DNA of 64,000 nt from Methanocaldococcus indicus (GTDB taxonomy: Archaea > AGJL01 > Methanococci > Methanococcales > Methanocaldococcaceae). The notes under the pieces were generated by a model, which ran no database searches, was not told the origin of the DNA, and saw only the letters and a program-made list of their open reading frames with translations. Shown here in pieces: positions 10,410 through 21,955 of this stretch (positions are counted from its first letter, which is position 1; every line of letters starts with the position of its first letter). Location: positions 416,001 through 480,000 of the forward strand of contig NZ_CP186926.1 of assembly GCF_049554935.1 (NCBI RefSeq), in the 5' to 3' direction. The translations under genes and the position numbers were made by a program.

Positions 10410-10952
10410 ATGGAGCCAGAGTTAAAAATTGTTAATGTTGTTGTTTCTACAAAAATTGCTGACAGCTTAGATTTAGAAGAGGTTGCCTTAGTTTTAGAAA
10501 ATGCAGAATATGAACCAGAGCAATTTCCTGGTTTAGTTTGCAGATTATCCATTCCAAAAGTTGCATTATTAATTTTTAGAAGTGGTAAATTAAATTGTAC
10601 AGGAGCAAAAAGTAAAGAAGAGGCTGAAATAGCAATTAAAAAGATTATTAAAGAACTAAAAGATGCTGGATTGGATGTATATGAGAATCCTGAAATTAGA
10701 ATACAAAATATGGTAGCAACAGCTGATTTAGGAATTGAGCCAAATTTAGATGATATTGCTTTAATGGTAGATAATACTGAATATGAGCCAGAGCAATTCC
10801 CTGGTTTAGTTTATAGAATGGATGACCCAAAAGTAGTAGTTTTAATATTTGGTAGTGGTAAAGTTGTTATAACTGGACTAAAAAGTTTGGAGGATGGTAA
10901 AAGAGCACTTAAAAAAATATTAGAAACTATTAAAGAAATTCAGGAGATGTAG
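10410..10952 (+). CDS. tbp: TATA-box binding protein
   Basis: Two YEPEQFPGLV repeats; LIFRSGK and LIFGSGK. Confidence 0.98.
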   Translation: MEPELKIVNVVVSTKIADSLDLEEVALVLENAEYEPEQFPGLVCRLSIPKVALLIFRSGKLNCTGAKSKEEAEIAIKKIIKELKDAGLDVYENPEIRIQNMVATADLGIEPNLDDIALMVDNTEYEPEQFPGLVYRMDDPKVVVLIFGSGKVVITGLKSLEDGKRALKKILETIKEIQEM

Positions 10953-11537
10953 ATGATTGCAATTATTGACTACAATGCAGGTAATTTAAGGAGTATAAAA
11001 AAAGCTGTTGAACTCTTTGATAAGCCAATTATAACCAACAATCCTGAGGATATACTATCTGCTGATAAAATAATCTTACCAGGTGTAGGAAACTTTGGAG
11101 CTGCTATTGAGCATTTAGAACCAATTAAAAAATACATAATAGAGAAGATAAATGAAGGAACTCCTTTCTTAGGAATATGTTTAGGAATGCAAATACTTTT
11201 TGAGGAGAGTGAAGAAACTCCTAATAAAAAAGGATTTTCAATATTTAGAGGAAATGTAATAAAATTCAAAAAAGGAAAAATTCCCCATATGGGATGGAAT
11301 ACTGTTAAGATAGTTAAAGATATCCCACTATTTGAAGGAATAAGAGATGAAAGTTATTTCTACTTTGTCCATTCCTACTATGTAAATCCAAAAGATGACA
11401 TAATAGCCGGAAAAACAGATTACTATGTTGAGTTTCCATCAGTTATTTATAAAGATAATGTTTATGCTACTCAATTCCATCCAGAAAAAAGTGGAAAATT
11501 AGGATTAAAAATTATTGAGAATTTTGTTAATCTATAA
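10953..11537 (+). CDS. hisH: Imidazole glycerol phosphate synthase, glutaminase subunit
   Basis: LPGVGNF, GICLGMQ, PHMGWN, QFHPEKS. Confidence 0.96.
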   Translation: MIAIIDYNAGNLRSIKKAVELFDKPIITNNPEDILSADKIILPGVGNFGAAIEHLEPIKKYIIEKINEGTPFLGICLGMQILFEESEETPNKKGFSIFRGNVIKFKKGKIPHMGWNTVKIVKDIPLFEGIRDESYFYFVHSYYVNPKDDIIAGKTDYYVEFPSVIYKDNVYATQFHPEKSGKLGLKIIENFVNL

Positions 11538-12324
11538 CAATTGAAGGATATACACCAAAGTTAAATATAAAATTAGTGTATTTTTTTATACTTTCTAAAA
11601 CATCAGATTCTTTGTATTCATAATCAATATAAAATATGTATGTCCCCAATCTTTTTTTTGAAGGTCTTGATTCTATTCTTGTTAGATTTATATCTCTCTC
11701 AGCAAACTCTTTCAATATATGATATAGAGCTCCTGGTTTGTCTTCTTTTAGCTCAAAAACAATACTTGATTTTAGTTTTGCATCTTTATTTTTTATTTTT
11801 ATATTATCATAACCTATCAAAATAAATCTTGTAACATTATTCTTATAGTCCTCTATATTTCTATCTAAAATATTTAAATTGAAGATTTTAGCAGATTCTT
11901 CTGATGCAATTGCTCCAAGAGTTTCATCTCTACTTTTTGCAACAATTTCCACTGCTTTGGCTGTTGAATCAACAAACTTAACATTCCAATTGTTCATTTT
12001 TATATATTTTCTACATTGTGCAATTGCTTGAGGATGAGAAATGATTGTTTTAATCTTTTTTTTATCATAACCTATTAAACAATGATGGATAGGCATAACC
12101 AACTCAGCCAAGATTTTAGGTTTAAACTCTAAAAGTAAATCTTGAGTTAAAGTGACAGAGCCTTCAATAGAGTTCTCAATAGGAACAACACCAAAACCTA
12201 AGTTCTCAAAAATATTATAAATTGTTGGGCAGTATTTTATCTTAAAATTATTATTTAAAAAATTTAAAAACTTTTTTGTAGCCATTGATAAATAACTTCC
12301 CTTTTGAAGAGTATATATCTCCAT
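11527..12324 (-). CDS. pheA: Prephenate dehydratase
   Basis: VPIENSIEGSV, SHPQAIAQC, TRF, NLTRIESRP plus ACT domain. Confidence 0.95.
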   Translation of the reverse strand: MEIYTLQKGSYLSMATKKFLNFLNNNFKIKYCPTIYNIFENLGFGVVPIENSIEGSVTLTQDLLLEFKPKILAELVMPIHHCLIGYDKKKIKTIISHPQAIAQCRKYIKMNNWNVKFVDSTAKAVEIVAKSRDETLGAIASEESAKIFNLNILDRNIEDYKNNVTRFILIGYDNIKIKNKDAKLKSSIVFELKEDKPGALYHILKEFAERDINLTRIESRPSKKRLGTYIFYIDYEYKESDVLESIKKYTNFIFNFGVYPSIVID

Positions 12325-12335
12325 ATTTTATTCCT

Positions 12336-13085
12336 CTAAAAATAAATTTTCTTTCCTGAATTAGTTCTTTTAAACTTTCCAAATTCTTTCATTAATTTTA
12401 ATTGTTCTCCACTAAAAACAGGGCCTTCTTTACATACAGTAAATTCATCTATACAACAGTGCCCACAGATTCCTATTCCACACTTCATATATCTCTCTAA
12501 ACTTGCCTGAATTGGAATATTATACTTTAAAGATATTTCAAAAACTTTCTTCATCATAACCTCTGGACCACAAGTTATAACCAAATCAAACTTTTCATTT
12601 TTTAATATATCTTCCATTTTATCTGTTGTAAAACCTTTGTATCCATAAGAGCCATCATCAGTACAAACAACTAAATTTGCATATTTTTCAAATCTATCTA
12701 AAAATAGGAGTTCTTTTTTTGTTCTTGCTCCTAAGATAACTGTTATATCTAAATCTTTATAGAACTCAACAAAGCTCATTATTGGCACAGCTCCAATACC
12801 ACCTGCAACAGCTAAGATCTTATCTCCATAAGGTTTAAAATAACTTCCATAAGGCCCTCTAACTCCAATAATATCTCCTTCTTTCAAAGAGAAAAGTTTT
12901 TCTGTGAATGGGCCAACTTTTGCAATTGTAAAACTATCTTCACTTAAAAAACTAAATGGTTTTTCATCTACTCCTGGAATCCAGAGCATTGCAAACTGTC
13001 CTGGTTTAAAGTTAAATTTTTTGTCAATAACAAATGTTTTAACTCTCTCATTCTCATCTATAATCTTTTTAATTTTGCATATCAA
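12336..13085 (-). CDS. pyrK: Dihydroorotate dehydrogenase electron transfer subunit
   Basis: KPGQF, RGPYG, GGIG, CGP and MKCGIGICGHC 2Fe-2S motif. Confidence 0.9.
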   Translation of the reverse strand: MICKIKKIIDENERVKTFVIDKKFNFKPGQFAMLWIPGVDEKPFSFLSEDSFTIAKVGPFTEKLFSLKEGDIIGVRGPYGSYFKPYGDKILAVAGGIGAVPIMSFVEFYKDLDITVILGARTKKELLFLDRFEKYANLVVCTDDGSYGYKGFTTDKMEDILKNEKFDLVITCGPEVMMKKVFEISLKYNIPIQASLERYMKCGIGICGHCCIDEFTVCKEGPVFSGEQLKLMKEFGKFKRTNSGKKIYF

Positions 13086-13115
13086 AGATTTCCCTCTTGC
13101 TTTTTTATTTTTTCA

Positions 13116-13751
13116 TTACCTGTTTTGAGGATATTCTTCTATTTTCTTAATCATTGAACTGTTTATGTACCAAATAACTTTAACATTTTTTAGGAATTCT
13201 CCAACATTCTTAACATTCTTTGATACATTTTTTGTATCTATAGGAATGTTTATATTTTTACCTTCATAAACCAAATAAAATTCATCTAAATCTTTTGGAA
13301 CTTTAAAAACTAAAACTCCCTCATATTGAGAATGTTGTGGAATATTGTATATAGTTATTGCTGAGCTATCCATATAACTTTCTGGTTCATATTTTTTTCC
13401 ATTTTTATCTATGATATAAAAGTCCATATAGTTTATGAAATATTGTGTATTCAAATTATTAATAATTTTTATTTTAGTTATTATAAATTTTTCATCTAAA
13501 TTCTTTTTTAAGTATCCTGTAGGGGTATTTACACTATCTGTTGAATAGACATCTATTAATTCAAATGTTACATTACCAACTTTAGCAATTTTCCCAGTAG
13601 CATTTATTGTTATAGGGTTATTTTCAATAATATCTTTTAAACTTAAACCATTATCTCCAAAAAATCCTTGCAGATAGCTTATCACTGAAGCCCCAATAAA
13701 TATTAAAATAATCATAGATGCTGCTAAATATAACAAATCCCTCATAGCCAT
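13116..13751 (-). CDS. Membrane-anchored DUF4352-like protein
   Basis: N-terminal TM; DFYIIDKNGKKYEP...EGVLVFKVPK pattern. Confidence 0.6.
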   Translation of the reverse strand: MAMRDLLYLAASMIILIFIGASVISYLQGFFGDNGLSLKDIIENNPITINATGKIAKVGNVTFELIDVYSTDSVNTPTGYLKKNLDEKFIITKIKIINNLNTQYFINYMDFYIIDKNGKKYEPESYMDSSAITIYNIPQHSQYEGVLVFKVPKDLDEFYLVYEGKNINIPIDTKNVSKNVKNVGEFLKNVKVIWYINSSMIKKIEEYPQNR

Positions 13752-13753
13752 AG

Positions 13754-14158
13754 TTATTCCCCAAAAAATAGTTTAATTTCTCTCTCAGCTGATTCTTTTG
13801 AATCTGATGCATGTATTACATTCTCAGGTAATTTTAATCCAAAATCTCCCCTTATAGTACCAGGTTCAGCTTCAGCTGGATTTGTTTTACCTATCATTTT
13901 TCTAACTACTGAAATGGCATTCTCTCCTTCAACAACCATTGCCACTACTCTCCCAGATGTTATAAAGTTAATTAAATTCTCATAGAAATCTTTTCCTTTA
14001 TGTTCCCCATAATATTTCTCAGCTAATTCTCTATCTATTTTTAGCATTTTCATCTCAACTATTTCTAAACCTTTATTTTCAAATCTTTCAATAATCTTAC
14101 CTATTAACTTTCTTCTGACAGCATCTGGTTTTAAAACAACAAAAGTCCTTTCTACCAT
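13754..14158 (-). CDS. ndk: Nucleoside diphosphate kinase
   Basis: [26 protein letters not shown]. Confidence 0.98.
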   Translation of the reverse strand: MVERTFVVLKPDAVRRKLIGKIIERFENKGLEIVEMKMLKIDRELAEKYYGEHKGKDFYENLINFITSGRVVAMVVEGENAISVVRKMIGKTNPAEAEPGTIRGDFGLKLPENVIHASDSKESAEREIKLFFGE

Positions 14159-14222
14159 AGTTATCCCAAAGATTTTTATTATGTATTGTAATAAACTATT
14201 ATCCTAACAATTAAAATATTTA

Positions 14223-15548
14223 ATGGTTTGGTGTATATTATTGAAGAATGTAGCTGTTATCTACCCTAACAAATACAAAGCTGGAATAACTTGCTTAGCT
14301 GTTCATATTTTAGCTAATCATTTATCCAAATATTATAACACAAAAGTCTTCTTTTTAGAGAATTATCAACAAATAAAGAATTTTGACACTATCTTTATAA
14401 CTTTACAGTATGAATTAGACTATTTTAATGCAATAAATATAGTAAAGTTTTTAAAAATGCAAAATCCAAATGCTAAATTTATAGCTGGTGGGCCATGTGT
14501 TATGGAAAATCCTTATCCACTAATGGACTTTTTTGATGCATTTATTGTTGGTGAGATTGAAGGAAGTAATGTAATGTATGAAGTTGTTGAAGGTAATTAT
14601 GATGTTGAAGGTGTTTTAACAAAATATAAAGATAAAGTTAAAAGAATATATCCAAAAAAATTGGGAATAGAGGACTATCCAATATATCAACCTATTCCTG
14701 AAAATTCTGCTTATGGAAAAACATTTTTATTGGAATTGGGTAGAGGATGCCCAAGAAGATGTAAATTCTGCTTAGCAAGAGCTATCTACTACCCTCCAAG
14801 AATTAGAAAATTAGATGATTTAATATATTTAGCTGAAGAAGGTATTAAAACAAATAAAGTAAATAAAGTATCTTTAATACATCCATCTGTTGGAGATTAT
14901 AAATATATTTTAGATTTAGTTGAATATTTAGTTAATAAAGGTGTTCAAGTTTCTCTATCATCAATAAGAGTAGATACTCTAACAGAGGAATTTTTAAAGC
15001 TAACTAAACCAAAAACTTTAACAATAGCTCCAGAAGCAGGAAGTGAAAAGTTAAGAGAAATAATAAAAAAAGATATCTCTGAAGAGGATATATTTAGAGG
15101 AGTTGAATTAGCTAAAAAATATAATATTAGTAAGATAAAACTCTACTATATGGTTGGGCTTCCTAATGAGGAGTGGGAAGATATTGAGGCAATTATTAAC
15201 CAAGTAAAGGAGATTAAAAGACATATAAAAATGGTTGAAGTTTCAGTAAATCCCTTTATTCCTAAACCTCATACTGACTTTGAATTAGAGAGTTTTGATT
15301 TAGAAAGTAAGAAGAAAATAAAATATATTGAGAAGGAATTAAAAAAATATGGAGTTAGAGTTGAATATGAAAATTTCAATTCTATGCTATGTCAAGCAAT
15401 TTTAGCAAGAGGAGACACTTCTTTAAGCTATTATTTAGATAGAGCAAACAACTACTCAAAATTTTTAAGTTTAATTAAAAAAGATAATTTATTAGAAAAA
15501 TATTTAAATCCAAAGGAGTTAGTATGGAAGAACATAATATTAAAATGA
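14223..15548 (+). CDS. Radical SAM protein with B12-binding-like N-terminal domain
   Basis: GRGCPRRCKFC, AGGP, TIAPEAGSEKLR, YYMVGLP. Confidence 0.85.
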   Translation: MVWCILLKNVAVIYPNKYKAGITCLAVHILANHLSKYYNTKVFFLENYQQIKNFDTIFITLQYELDYFNAINIVKFLKMQNPNAKFIAGGPCVMENPYPLMDFFDAFIVGEIEGSNVMYEVVEGNYDVEGVLTKYKDKVKRIYPKKLGIEDYPIYQPIPENSAYGKTFLLELGRGCPRRCKFCLARAIYYPPRIRKLDDLIYLAEEGIKTNKVNKVSLIHPSVGDYKYILDLVEYLVNKGVQVSLSSIRVDTLTEEFLKLTKPKTLTIAPEAGSEKLREIIKKDISEEDIFRGVELAKKYNISKIKLYYMVGLPNEEWEDIEAIINQVKEIKRHIKMVEVSVNPFIPKPHTDFELESFDLESKKKIKYIEKELKKYGVRVEYENFNSMLCQAILARGDTSLSYYLDRANNYSKFLSLIKKDNLLEKYLNPKELVWKNIILK

Positions 15549-16177
15549 AACATTTAAAGATGATTATAGACAAAATTCCTAAACATCCAAATCCAAAAGC
15601 TTTTTTAGAGCAATATACAATTGATGGAGAACTTGCTTCAAACATTTTATACTTTGCAAGAAATGATTTTAAAGATAATGTTGTTATTGACTTAGGTTGT
15701 GGAACTGGAAGATTAGGAATTGGAGCAAAAATCTTAGGAGCTAAGAGAGTTTTAGGATTTGATATAGATAAAGAGTGTGTAGATTTAGCTAAAAAAGTTG
15801 TTAGAGAGTTAGATTTAGATAATATTGAATTTTATTGTAAGGACATTAGAGAAATTGATAGAGAATATATAAATAACTTGTTAGGAGAAGATAAAAATTT
15901 AAAAAAAGTAGTTATCCAAAATCCACCATTTGGAGCTCAAAAAAGAAATGCTGATAGAATATTTTTAGATAAAGCTTTGGAGATTGGAGATGTTATCTAC
16001 ACTATCCATAACTATCCTACAAAAGATTTTGTTAAGAGATATATTGAGGAGAAAGGGGGAAATGTAACACATATAGCAGAAGCAAAATTTAGAATTCCTG
16101 CTATTTATGAATTCCACAAAAAGAAGGTTTTAGATATCCCAGTAGTTATTTTCAGAGTTGAGAAAAAATTTTTATAG
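15524..16177 (+). CDS. METTL5-family adenine RNA methyltransferase
   Basis: LEQY, DLGCGTG, NPPFG. Confidence 0.88.
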   Translation: MEEHNIKMKHLKMIIDKIPKHPNPKAFLEQYTIDGELASNILYFARNDFKDNVVIDLGCGTGRLGIGAKILGAKRVLGFDIDKECVDLAKKVVRELDLDNIEFYCKDIREIDREYINNLLGEDKNLKKVVIQNPPFGAQKRNADRIFLDKALEIGDVIYTIHNYPTKDFVKRYIEEKGGNVTHIAEAKFRIPAIYEFHKKKVLDIPVVIFRVEKKFL

Positions 16178-16228
16178 TTTTAATAGAATTATTACCAAAA
16201 ATAAAAAACATAAATTGGTGAGAAAAAG

Positions 16229-16660
16229 ATGTTTATATGCCTACATAACACATATTCAGCTAAGCAAGTTGAAGAATTTGGAAGGATAGCTTTTGGTTTT
16301 GATGTTAATACAGTTATAATAACAAAAGCAACTGCATCAGCTGCTCAGAGTGGTGTTCCAACATTACAAAAGATGGCATACAAATTAGGAAAAAATATGC
16401 TATTTTTTGAGGATTTAGATGATGCTATTGAACTTTTAAGGCCTGAAAAAATTTACTTAATAGGAAATAAAAATATTTGTGATGAAAAATTAAACTTTGA
16501 AGAAGTTGGAAAAAATGATTTAGTTGTATTTTGTGGAGCAAATACTGGATTTACTAAATTAGAATTAGAGAAAGGTTTAGGGAGATATATAGTGGAGAAT
16601 GAAATTGGAGCCTTAGGAAATTTAGCTATATTTTTATATGAAATAAATAAACTAAGATAG
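16229..16660 (+). CDS. DUF2122/COG4080 SPOUT-like protein
   Basis: LHN...AAQSGVP...GFTKLEL...EIGALG. Confidence 0.65.
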   Translation: MFICLHNTYSAKQVEEFGRIAFGFDVNTVIITKATASAAQSGVPTLQKMAYKLGKNMLFFEDLDDAIELLRPEKIYLIGNKNICDEKLNFEEVGKNDLVVFCGANTGFTKLELEKGLGRYIVENEIGALGNLAIFLYEINKLR

Positions 16661-16663
16661 ATT

Positions 16664-18022
16664 ATGAAAGAATTAATTAAAGCTAAAAATTTATTTTTAA
16701 ATGCTGAAAATGTATTGATAGTTACACATATTGATACTGATGGTCTAACATCAAGAGCTATCTTACAAAAGGTAGTTGAAAGAACAAATAAAGAAGCTGA
16801 ATTTTTATTTTTAAAACAAATTAATGAGAAGTCTATAAATTATGTTGAGAAAGATTATGACTTAATAATTTTTGCTGACTTTGGTTCAGGGCAACTATCT
16901 CTCTTGGAAGAATATTTTAAAGATTATAATGGAAAAATTATTATTTTAGACCATCATCAGCCAGAAAAAGAAAACATTAAACTTAAAAATATTGTCCATG
17001 TAAATCCAATAATGTATAATTTAGAGACATGTGGAGCAGGAGTTTGCTACTTATTTGCAAAATCTATTAATAATAATTGGATTGATTTGGCTAAATATGC
17101 TGTTTTAGGAGCTATTGGAGATGTGCAAAATCTCTATGGAAAGTTAGAAGGTTTGAATAGAAAGATACTAAATGATGCTGTATTTTCAGGGGAATTGGCT
17201 GTTAAGAATGACCTACAACTTTATGGTAGATGCAGCAGACCTCTTTTTGTCTCTTTAAGATATTGGAGTGATGTAAGAACAGATTTATTGAACAATGATT
17301 CAAATATTATCTCATTCATAAATAGAATAAACAAAAAATATAACATAGATATTAATCCAGCAGAGAAACTTAACAATATTCCTTATTCTCACAAAAAGAT
17401 TATTGGTAATGAACTTTTAATAAAGAGTTTGGAATATATTCCAACAGAATGGATAAAATATTTGCCTTATGTTATATTTGGAGAAGCTTATGAAGTTGTT
17501 AATGAGGAAGAAGATATATTAAGAGATTTATCTGAATTATCTACTTGTATAAATGCCTGCACAAGATACAAAGATTATAGGACTGCTTTGGATATCTTAA
17601 TTGGTAGTAGAAAAAGGTTAAGTAAGTTAAAATCAAATTTAAGAGAGCATAGAAAAAATTTAAGATATGCATTAGAACATATAGCAACAGAAGTAGATAT
17701 TATAAAAGAGAAAAACTTCCAATATTTCAAAACTGATAAAATAGATGAGAGTATAATTGGAATTGTTGCTGGAATGAGCTATTCAATTGAAGATATTGAC
17801 TGGAAAAAACCAATAATTGGAATAGTTGAAAATGATTATGGTTATAAAGTTTCTGCAAGATGTCCGAGATTGTTATGCTTTGCAGAAGATGTAAATTTAG
17901 CTGAAGCTTTAAGATATTCATCTAAAAAAGCTTATGGTTCTGGAGGAGGACATAAGTTTGCAGCAGGAGCATATGTTAAAGATATATCAGCATTTATAAA
18001 TTCTTTAAAAATTAGCTTATAA
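16664..18022 (+). CDS. RecJ/GAN-like DHH phosphoesterase
   Basis: [24 protein letters not shown]. Confidence 0.88.
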   Translation: MKELIKAKNLFLNAENVLIVTHIDTDGLTSRAILQKVVERTNKEAEFLFLKQINEKSINYVEKDYDLIIFADFGSGQLSLLEEYFKDYNGKIIILDHHQPEKENIKLKNIVHVNPIMYNLETCGAGVCYLFAKSINNNWIDLAKYAVLGAIGDVQNLYGKLEGLNRKILNDAVFSGELAVKNDLQLYGRCSRPLFVSLRYWSDVRTDLLNNDSNIISFINRINKKYNIDINPAEKLNNIPYSHKKIIGNELLIKSLEYIPTEWIKYLPYVIFGEAYEVVNEEEDILRDLSELSTCINACTRYKDYRTALDILIGSRKRLSKLKSNLREHRKNLRYALEHIATEVDIIKEKNFQYFKTDKIDESIIGIVAGMSYSIEDIDWKKPIIGIVENDYGYKVSARCPRLLCFAEDVNLAEALRYSSKKAYGSGGGHKFAAGAYVKDISAFINSLKISL

Positions 18023-18069
18023 ATATTATTTAAGAAAATTTAATTTTAATGTTATTTAAGGTGTTATTA

Positions 18070-19134
18070 ATGGAAGCTGTTTTAGTATTGGAAGATGGAA
18101 CTGTTCTAAAAGGAAAAGGTTTTGGTGTAGAAAAAGAGGTTTATGGTGAGTTAGTTTTTACAACAGTTATGACTGGATATGTAGAAGTTTTAACAGACCC
18201 TTCATATAAGGGACAAATTGTTACAATGACTTATCCTCTTATTGGAAATTATGGAGTATCAGAAGAATGGTTTGAATCTGATGGAATAAAAACAGAAGGA
18301 TATGTAATTAGAGAGCTAACAGGAATTGAATTAGACAATTTTTTAAAGAAATATGACATCCCAGGAATTGAAGGAATTGATACAAGATTTATAACAAAAA
18401 AAATAAGGACTGGTGGAGTAGTTAAGTGTTGCTTAAAAACAGCTGAAAAAATTAATGATGAAGAGATAGAAGAAATAAAAGATAAAGTAAAGAAACATAA
18501 AGATATATCTGAGATTGATTTAGTTCCACAGGTTTCTATAAAAGAGAAATTTATTCATAAAGTACAAAATCCAAAAGCAAGGTGTGTATTAATAGACTGT
18601 GGAGTTAAAAAAGGAATTATTCTAAATTTATTAAAAAGAGGATGTGAAGTTGTTCAAGTTCCATACAATACTGAATATGAAAAAATTTTATCTTATAATC
18701 CTGATTTTGTCTTAATATCTAATGGTCCAGGAGACCCAGAAAGGTTAAAAGATACTATAAAAACAATTAAAAATTTAATTGGAGAGGTTCCTTTAACTGG
18801 AATATGTTTAGGACATCAATTAATATCCTTAGCTTTTGGTGGAAAAACTTACAAAATGAAATTTGGGCATAGAGGAGGTAATCAGCCAGTTAAAAATTTA
18901 GAAACAGAAAAAGTTTATATAACATCCCAAAATCATGGATTTGCTGTTGATGTTAATAGCTTATCTGATGAAATAAAACCATTATACATAAATCTAAATG
19001 ATAACACAGTTGAAGGAATTAAACATGTTGAACTTCCAATATTCTCTGTCCAATTCCACCCAGAAGCAAGACCTGGACCACATGATACACAGTTTTTATT
19101 TGATGAGATGATAGCTCTAAAAAATATAAAATAA
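18070..19134 (+). CDS. carA: Carbamoyl-phosphate synthase small subunit
   Basis: [29 protein letters not shown]. Confidence 0.97.
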   Translation: MEAVLVLEDGTVLKGKGFGVEKEVYGELVFTTVMTGYVEVLTDPSYKGQIVTMTYPLIGNYGVSEEWFESDGIKTEGYVIRELTGIELDNFLKKYDIPGIEGIDTRFITKKIRTGGVVKCCLKTAEKINDEEIEEIKDKVKKHKDISEIDLVPQVSIKEKFIHKVQNPKARCVLIDCGVKKGIILNLLKRGCEVVQVPYNTEYEKILSYNPDFVLISNGPGDPERLKDTIKTIKNLIGEVPLTGICLGHQLISLAFGGKTYKMKFGHRGGNQPVKNLETEKVYITSQNHGFAVDVNSLSDEIKPLYINLNDNTVEGIKHVELPIFSVQFHPEARPGPHDTQFLFDEMIALKNIK

Positions 19135-19229
19135 TAAATAAATATTGACAAATAATTAAATATATAAAATAATATTCCATAAACTATATATAAACCTTTA
19201 TTTTATTATTATTATTGCTCTTTTGATGT

Positions 19230-19318
19230 GCAGGGGTAGCCAAGCCCGGCTAAGGCGCTGGACTTGAGATCCAGTGGGGCTCCGCCCCGCCTGGGTTCAA
19301 ATCCCAGCCCCTGCGCCA
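19230..19318 (+). tRNA. tRNA-Ser(TGA)
   Basis: Acceptor GCAGGGG/CCCCTGC, G discriminator, encoded CCA, anticodon arm CTGGA-CTTGAGA-TCCAG, long variable arm, TTCAAAT T-loop; TATA upstream and T-tract downstream. Confidence 0.95.
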
Positions 19319-19461
19319 TATTTTTTATGGGCTTTTTTTAATTTCTAATTTCTATTAATCATAATAGTATAGTATATTTTTATTTTCTAATCTAAATCTA
19401 ACATATTATTTATGCTATAAAATCTTTTTAATTAAAAATTAAATATTTTGGTGAAAAATTT

Positions 19462-20496
19462 ATGAAAGAAAATCCTTTTAAAAAAATTCCTACAATTTTA
19501 CTTCCTGATGAATTAATGGATAAAGCATTAAGAAGAGGAGAGAAAGTAGCAGAAGAGATGAGAAAGAAAGAATTACCTTGGCTAATGAAGGCTAAGGTTG
19601 TAGAAGAGCATAAAGTAAGGACTATATCCTCTGTATTGGCTGATAATTTACAAAAAATAATTGATAAAACACCTCCTGTAAGAAAGTTACCAAAGTTCTA
19701 TCAGGAGATGGTTGAGGTTTTGGTAGGAATTGATGAATTTAAAAAATGTATGGGTGCTTTTAAGTGGGCATCAGATTTAATAAGAAAGCTTGGAAATGAA
19801 TATGCAAAGAAAATTAGAAGAGCTAAAACACCAGAAGAAGCTGCTAAATTAAGAAAAGAATTTGTAGGTAGAGCTAAATCAATACTAAAAAGAATAGAGC
19901 CAGAAATGGGATTTATAGCAGTTGCAAGAGAAAAATTAAAAGATTTACCTACTTTTAGAGATACATTTACTGTTGTTTTAGCAGGTTATCCAAATGTTGG
20001 TAAATCTACAATTTTAAAAAAATTAACTGGCGCAGATGTAGAAATAAATAGTTATCCCTTCACAACTAAGGGAATAAATGTTGGACATCTTGAAGATATA
20101 CAAATAATTGACACACCAGGATTGTTAGATAGACCTCTATATGAAAGGAATGATATAGAACTTCAAGCAATATTAGCATTGAATTATTTGGCCAATTTGA
20201 TATTATTTGTTATAGATATTTCTGAATACTGTGGATATACATTAGAAGAGCAATTAAACTTATTAAAAGAGATAAAAAACCTCTTTAACATTCCAATTAT
20301 GGTTGTTATTAATAAAGTTGATTTAGTAGATGAGAATAAAATAAATGAGATTAAAGAAAAATTAAGAGAGTTAGGAATAGAGGATATTTTAGAGATATCA
20401 GCAGATAAAGAAATTAATTTAGATGAATTAAAAAAATTATTAAAAGAGAAATTTAAACAAAACCTTAGAAACAAATTAGAAAGTAATAATTTATAA
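19462..20496 (+). CDS. NOG1-family ribosome biogenesis GTPase
   Basis: GYPNVGKS, YPFTT, DTPGLLDRP, NKVD. Confidence 0.92.
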   Translation: MKENPFKKIPTILLPDELMDKALRRGEKVAEEMRKKELPWLMKAKVVEEHKVRTISSVLADNLQKIIDKTPPVRKLPKFYQEMVEVLVGIDEFKKCMGAFKWASDLIRKLGNEYAKKIRRAKTPEEAAKLRKEFVGRAKSILKRIEPEMGFIAVAREKLKDLPTFRDTFTVVLAGYPNVGKSTILKKLTGADVEINSYPFTTKGINVGHLEDIQIIDTPGLLDRPLYERNDIELQAILALNYLANLILFVIDISEYCGYTLEEQLNLLKEIKNLFNIPIMVVINKVDLVDENKINEIKEKLRELGIEDILEISADKEINLDELKKLLKEKFKQNLRNKLESNNL

Positions 20497-20727
20497 TAAA
20501 GCCTTAACCATAGGGTCTGTTACTTCTTCTGGAGAAATCTCTTTTATACTTTTTATTATTATTCTTGTTCTTTTAACTTTATACAATCCTCCAAATTTTG
20601 AGTATATCTCTTCTAAAGCATCTTTTTCATTTAAAGCTCTTAATTCTTTTTTAAATACTAATGGCTGTTTTCCTTTTTTTCTAACTTCTCCCTCAACTCT
20701 AAATATTTTAACTTCCAAGTTTTTCAC
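20491..20727 (-). CDS. rpl18a: 50S ribosomal protein L18Ae (LX)
   Basis: KIFRVEG...KELRAL...EEIYSKFG...KRTRI; conserved gene context. Confidence 0.85.
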   Translation of the reverse strand: MKNLEVKIFRVEGEVRKKGKQPLVFKKELRALNEKDALEEIYSKFGGLYKVKRTRIIIKSIKEISPEEVTDPMVKALL

Positions 20728-20966
20728 CTCTTTACAATTTTATATATGTTTTGAGCAACAGATATCCACCTTAGATAGGAGTATAAAGAAGCTTTTAATA
20801 TTGAAAGTTCTTCTGCTTCAACATAAATTTTAATCTTGTTTTTATATTTTTCCATCTTTGCCCTTGATTTTATTTGACTATCTATATGCTCTATAAATAT
20901 TGATTTATATATTATTTCTGCTTCTTCTTCACTATCAAACTCTAAATTTAAAATAGAAGAGTTCAT
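20724..20966 (-). CDS. pcc1: KEOPS complex subunit Pcc1
   Basis: EFDSEEEAEIIYKSI...LKASLYSYLRW; context next to the Brix gene. Confidence 0.85.
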   Translation of the reverse strand: MNSSILNLEFDSEEEAEIIYKSIFIEHIDSQIKSRAKMEKYKNKIKIYVEAEELSILKASLYSYLRWISVAQNIYKIVKR

Positions 20967-20967
20967 T

Positions 20968-21459
20968 TTAATCCCAAACACTATCAAAGAGCTTAACTGA
21001 CTTAACTCTAATTAATGGCCCTATTTTAACTCTATTTTTATAGAACTGTATAGCAAATAAATATTTACTATCTTTCTCAACAGATAAAGTAAAGTTACTT
21101 TCATTATTTATATTGAAATGATTAAAGAAAAACTCTTCATAAAGATGGAGGTATTCATTATTATAATTAATCTTTATTTTAATTCCATTATTGTTCTCTA
21201 CTTTTCCTCCACATATCTCTCTTTGTAGTTTAACAGTTATGAATGAAGATAATTTTTTATCTTTTTCTAAATTATAAAAAACTAAACTTCCAGGATTTCC
21301 TCTAAACTCTCCAATTAATAAAATATTATTATCTATCTCAAATAATTCTTTTAATGATAATTTTCCTCTTTGGACATAAGGAATATTTAATACTCTTTCT
21401 AAATCTCTTGCAAAGCTTCTTGTTCTCTGGGAGGGTTTCCTTGATGTTGTTATAATCAT
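20968..21459 (-). CDS. Brix-domain (Imp4-like) ribosome biogenesis protein
   Basis: [16 protein letters not shown]...RGK...GNPG. Confidence 0.9.
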   Translation of the reverse strand: MIITTSRKPSQRTRSFARDLERVLNIPYVQRGKLSLKELFEIDNNILLIGEFRGNPGSLVFYNLEKDKKLSSFITVKLQREICGGKVENNNGIKIKINYNNEYLHLYEEFFFNHFNINNESNFTLSVEKDSKYLFAIQFYKNRVKIGPLIRVKSVKLFDSVWD

Positions 21460-21461
21460 AA

Positions 21462-21602
21462 TTATCTTGCCTTAACTACTTTAACTACTTTAGGTCTTAA
21501 TTTAACTAATATTTTATTACTACAATAAGGACATCTAACTCTACTTCCTAATTCTTCTAATTTTATGACTCTTTTACACTTTAGACATTTATACTCTACC
21601 AT
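21462..21602 (-). CDS. rpoP: RNA polymerase subunit P (Rpo12); not in the ORF track
   Basis: 46 aa [46 protein letters not shown]; zinc ribbon; canonical position after rpl37ae. Confidence 0.93.
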   Translation of the reverse strand: MVEYKCLKCKRVIKLEELGSRVRCPYCSNKILVKLRPKVVKVVKAR

Positions 21603-21670
21603 ATTTAAATCCCCAAATATGAATTAAATTATCATAAAAAATATTTATAATAAATATATAAATGAATATT

Positions 21671-21949
21671 TTATTCTTCTTTCTCTAAGACTCTTCTAAT
21701 AGCTTTCATAACTGCTTTTCCTGCACCTGTTTCTGGTGTATATGCTCCACCAGCTATTTTAGCTCCACATTTTCCACAAACCCATATAGAAGTTGAAGCT
21801 CTTTTTAATTTTGGAAATCCACATACTGGACATTTGTATTTTTGTTTTGCTTTAACTTCTACATCTCTAACTCTTGCTCTAATTTTTAACCCATATCTTG
21901 CTCCAAATCTTCCAGCAGGTCCTACTTTTTTAGTGTGACTAAATGCCAT
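21671..21949 (-). CDS. rpl37ae: 50S ribosomal protein L37Ae
   Basis: [12 protein letters not shown]...WVCGKC...AGGAY. Confidence 0.97.
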   Translation of the reverse strand: MAFSHTKKVGPAGRFGARYGLKIRARVRDVEVKAKQKYKCPVCGFPKLKRASTSIWVCGKCGAKIAGGAYTPETGAGKAVMKAIRRVLEKEE

Positions 21950-21955
21950 TTACTC

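Noticed and set aside
19230-19318. tRNA-Ser as an integration site
   Set aside because: No duplicated tRNA 3' end or integrase seen; flanks are housekeeping genes
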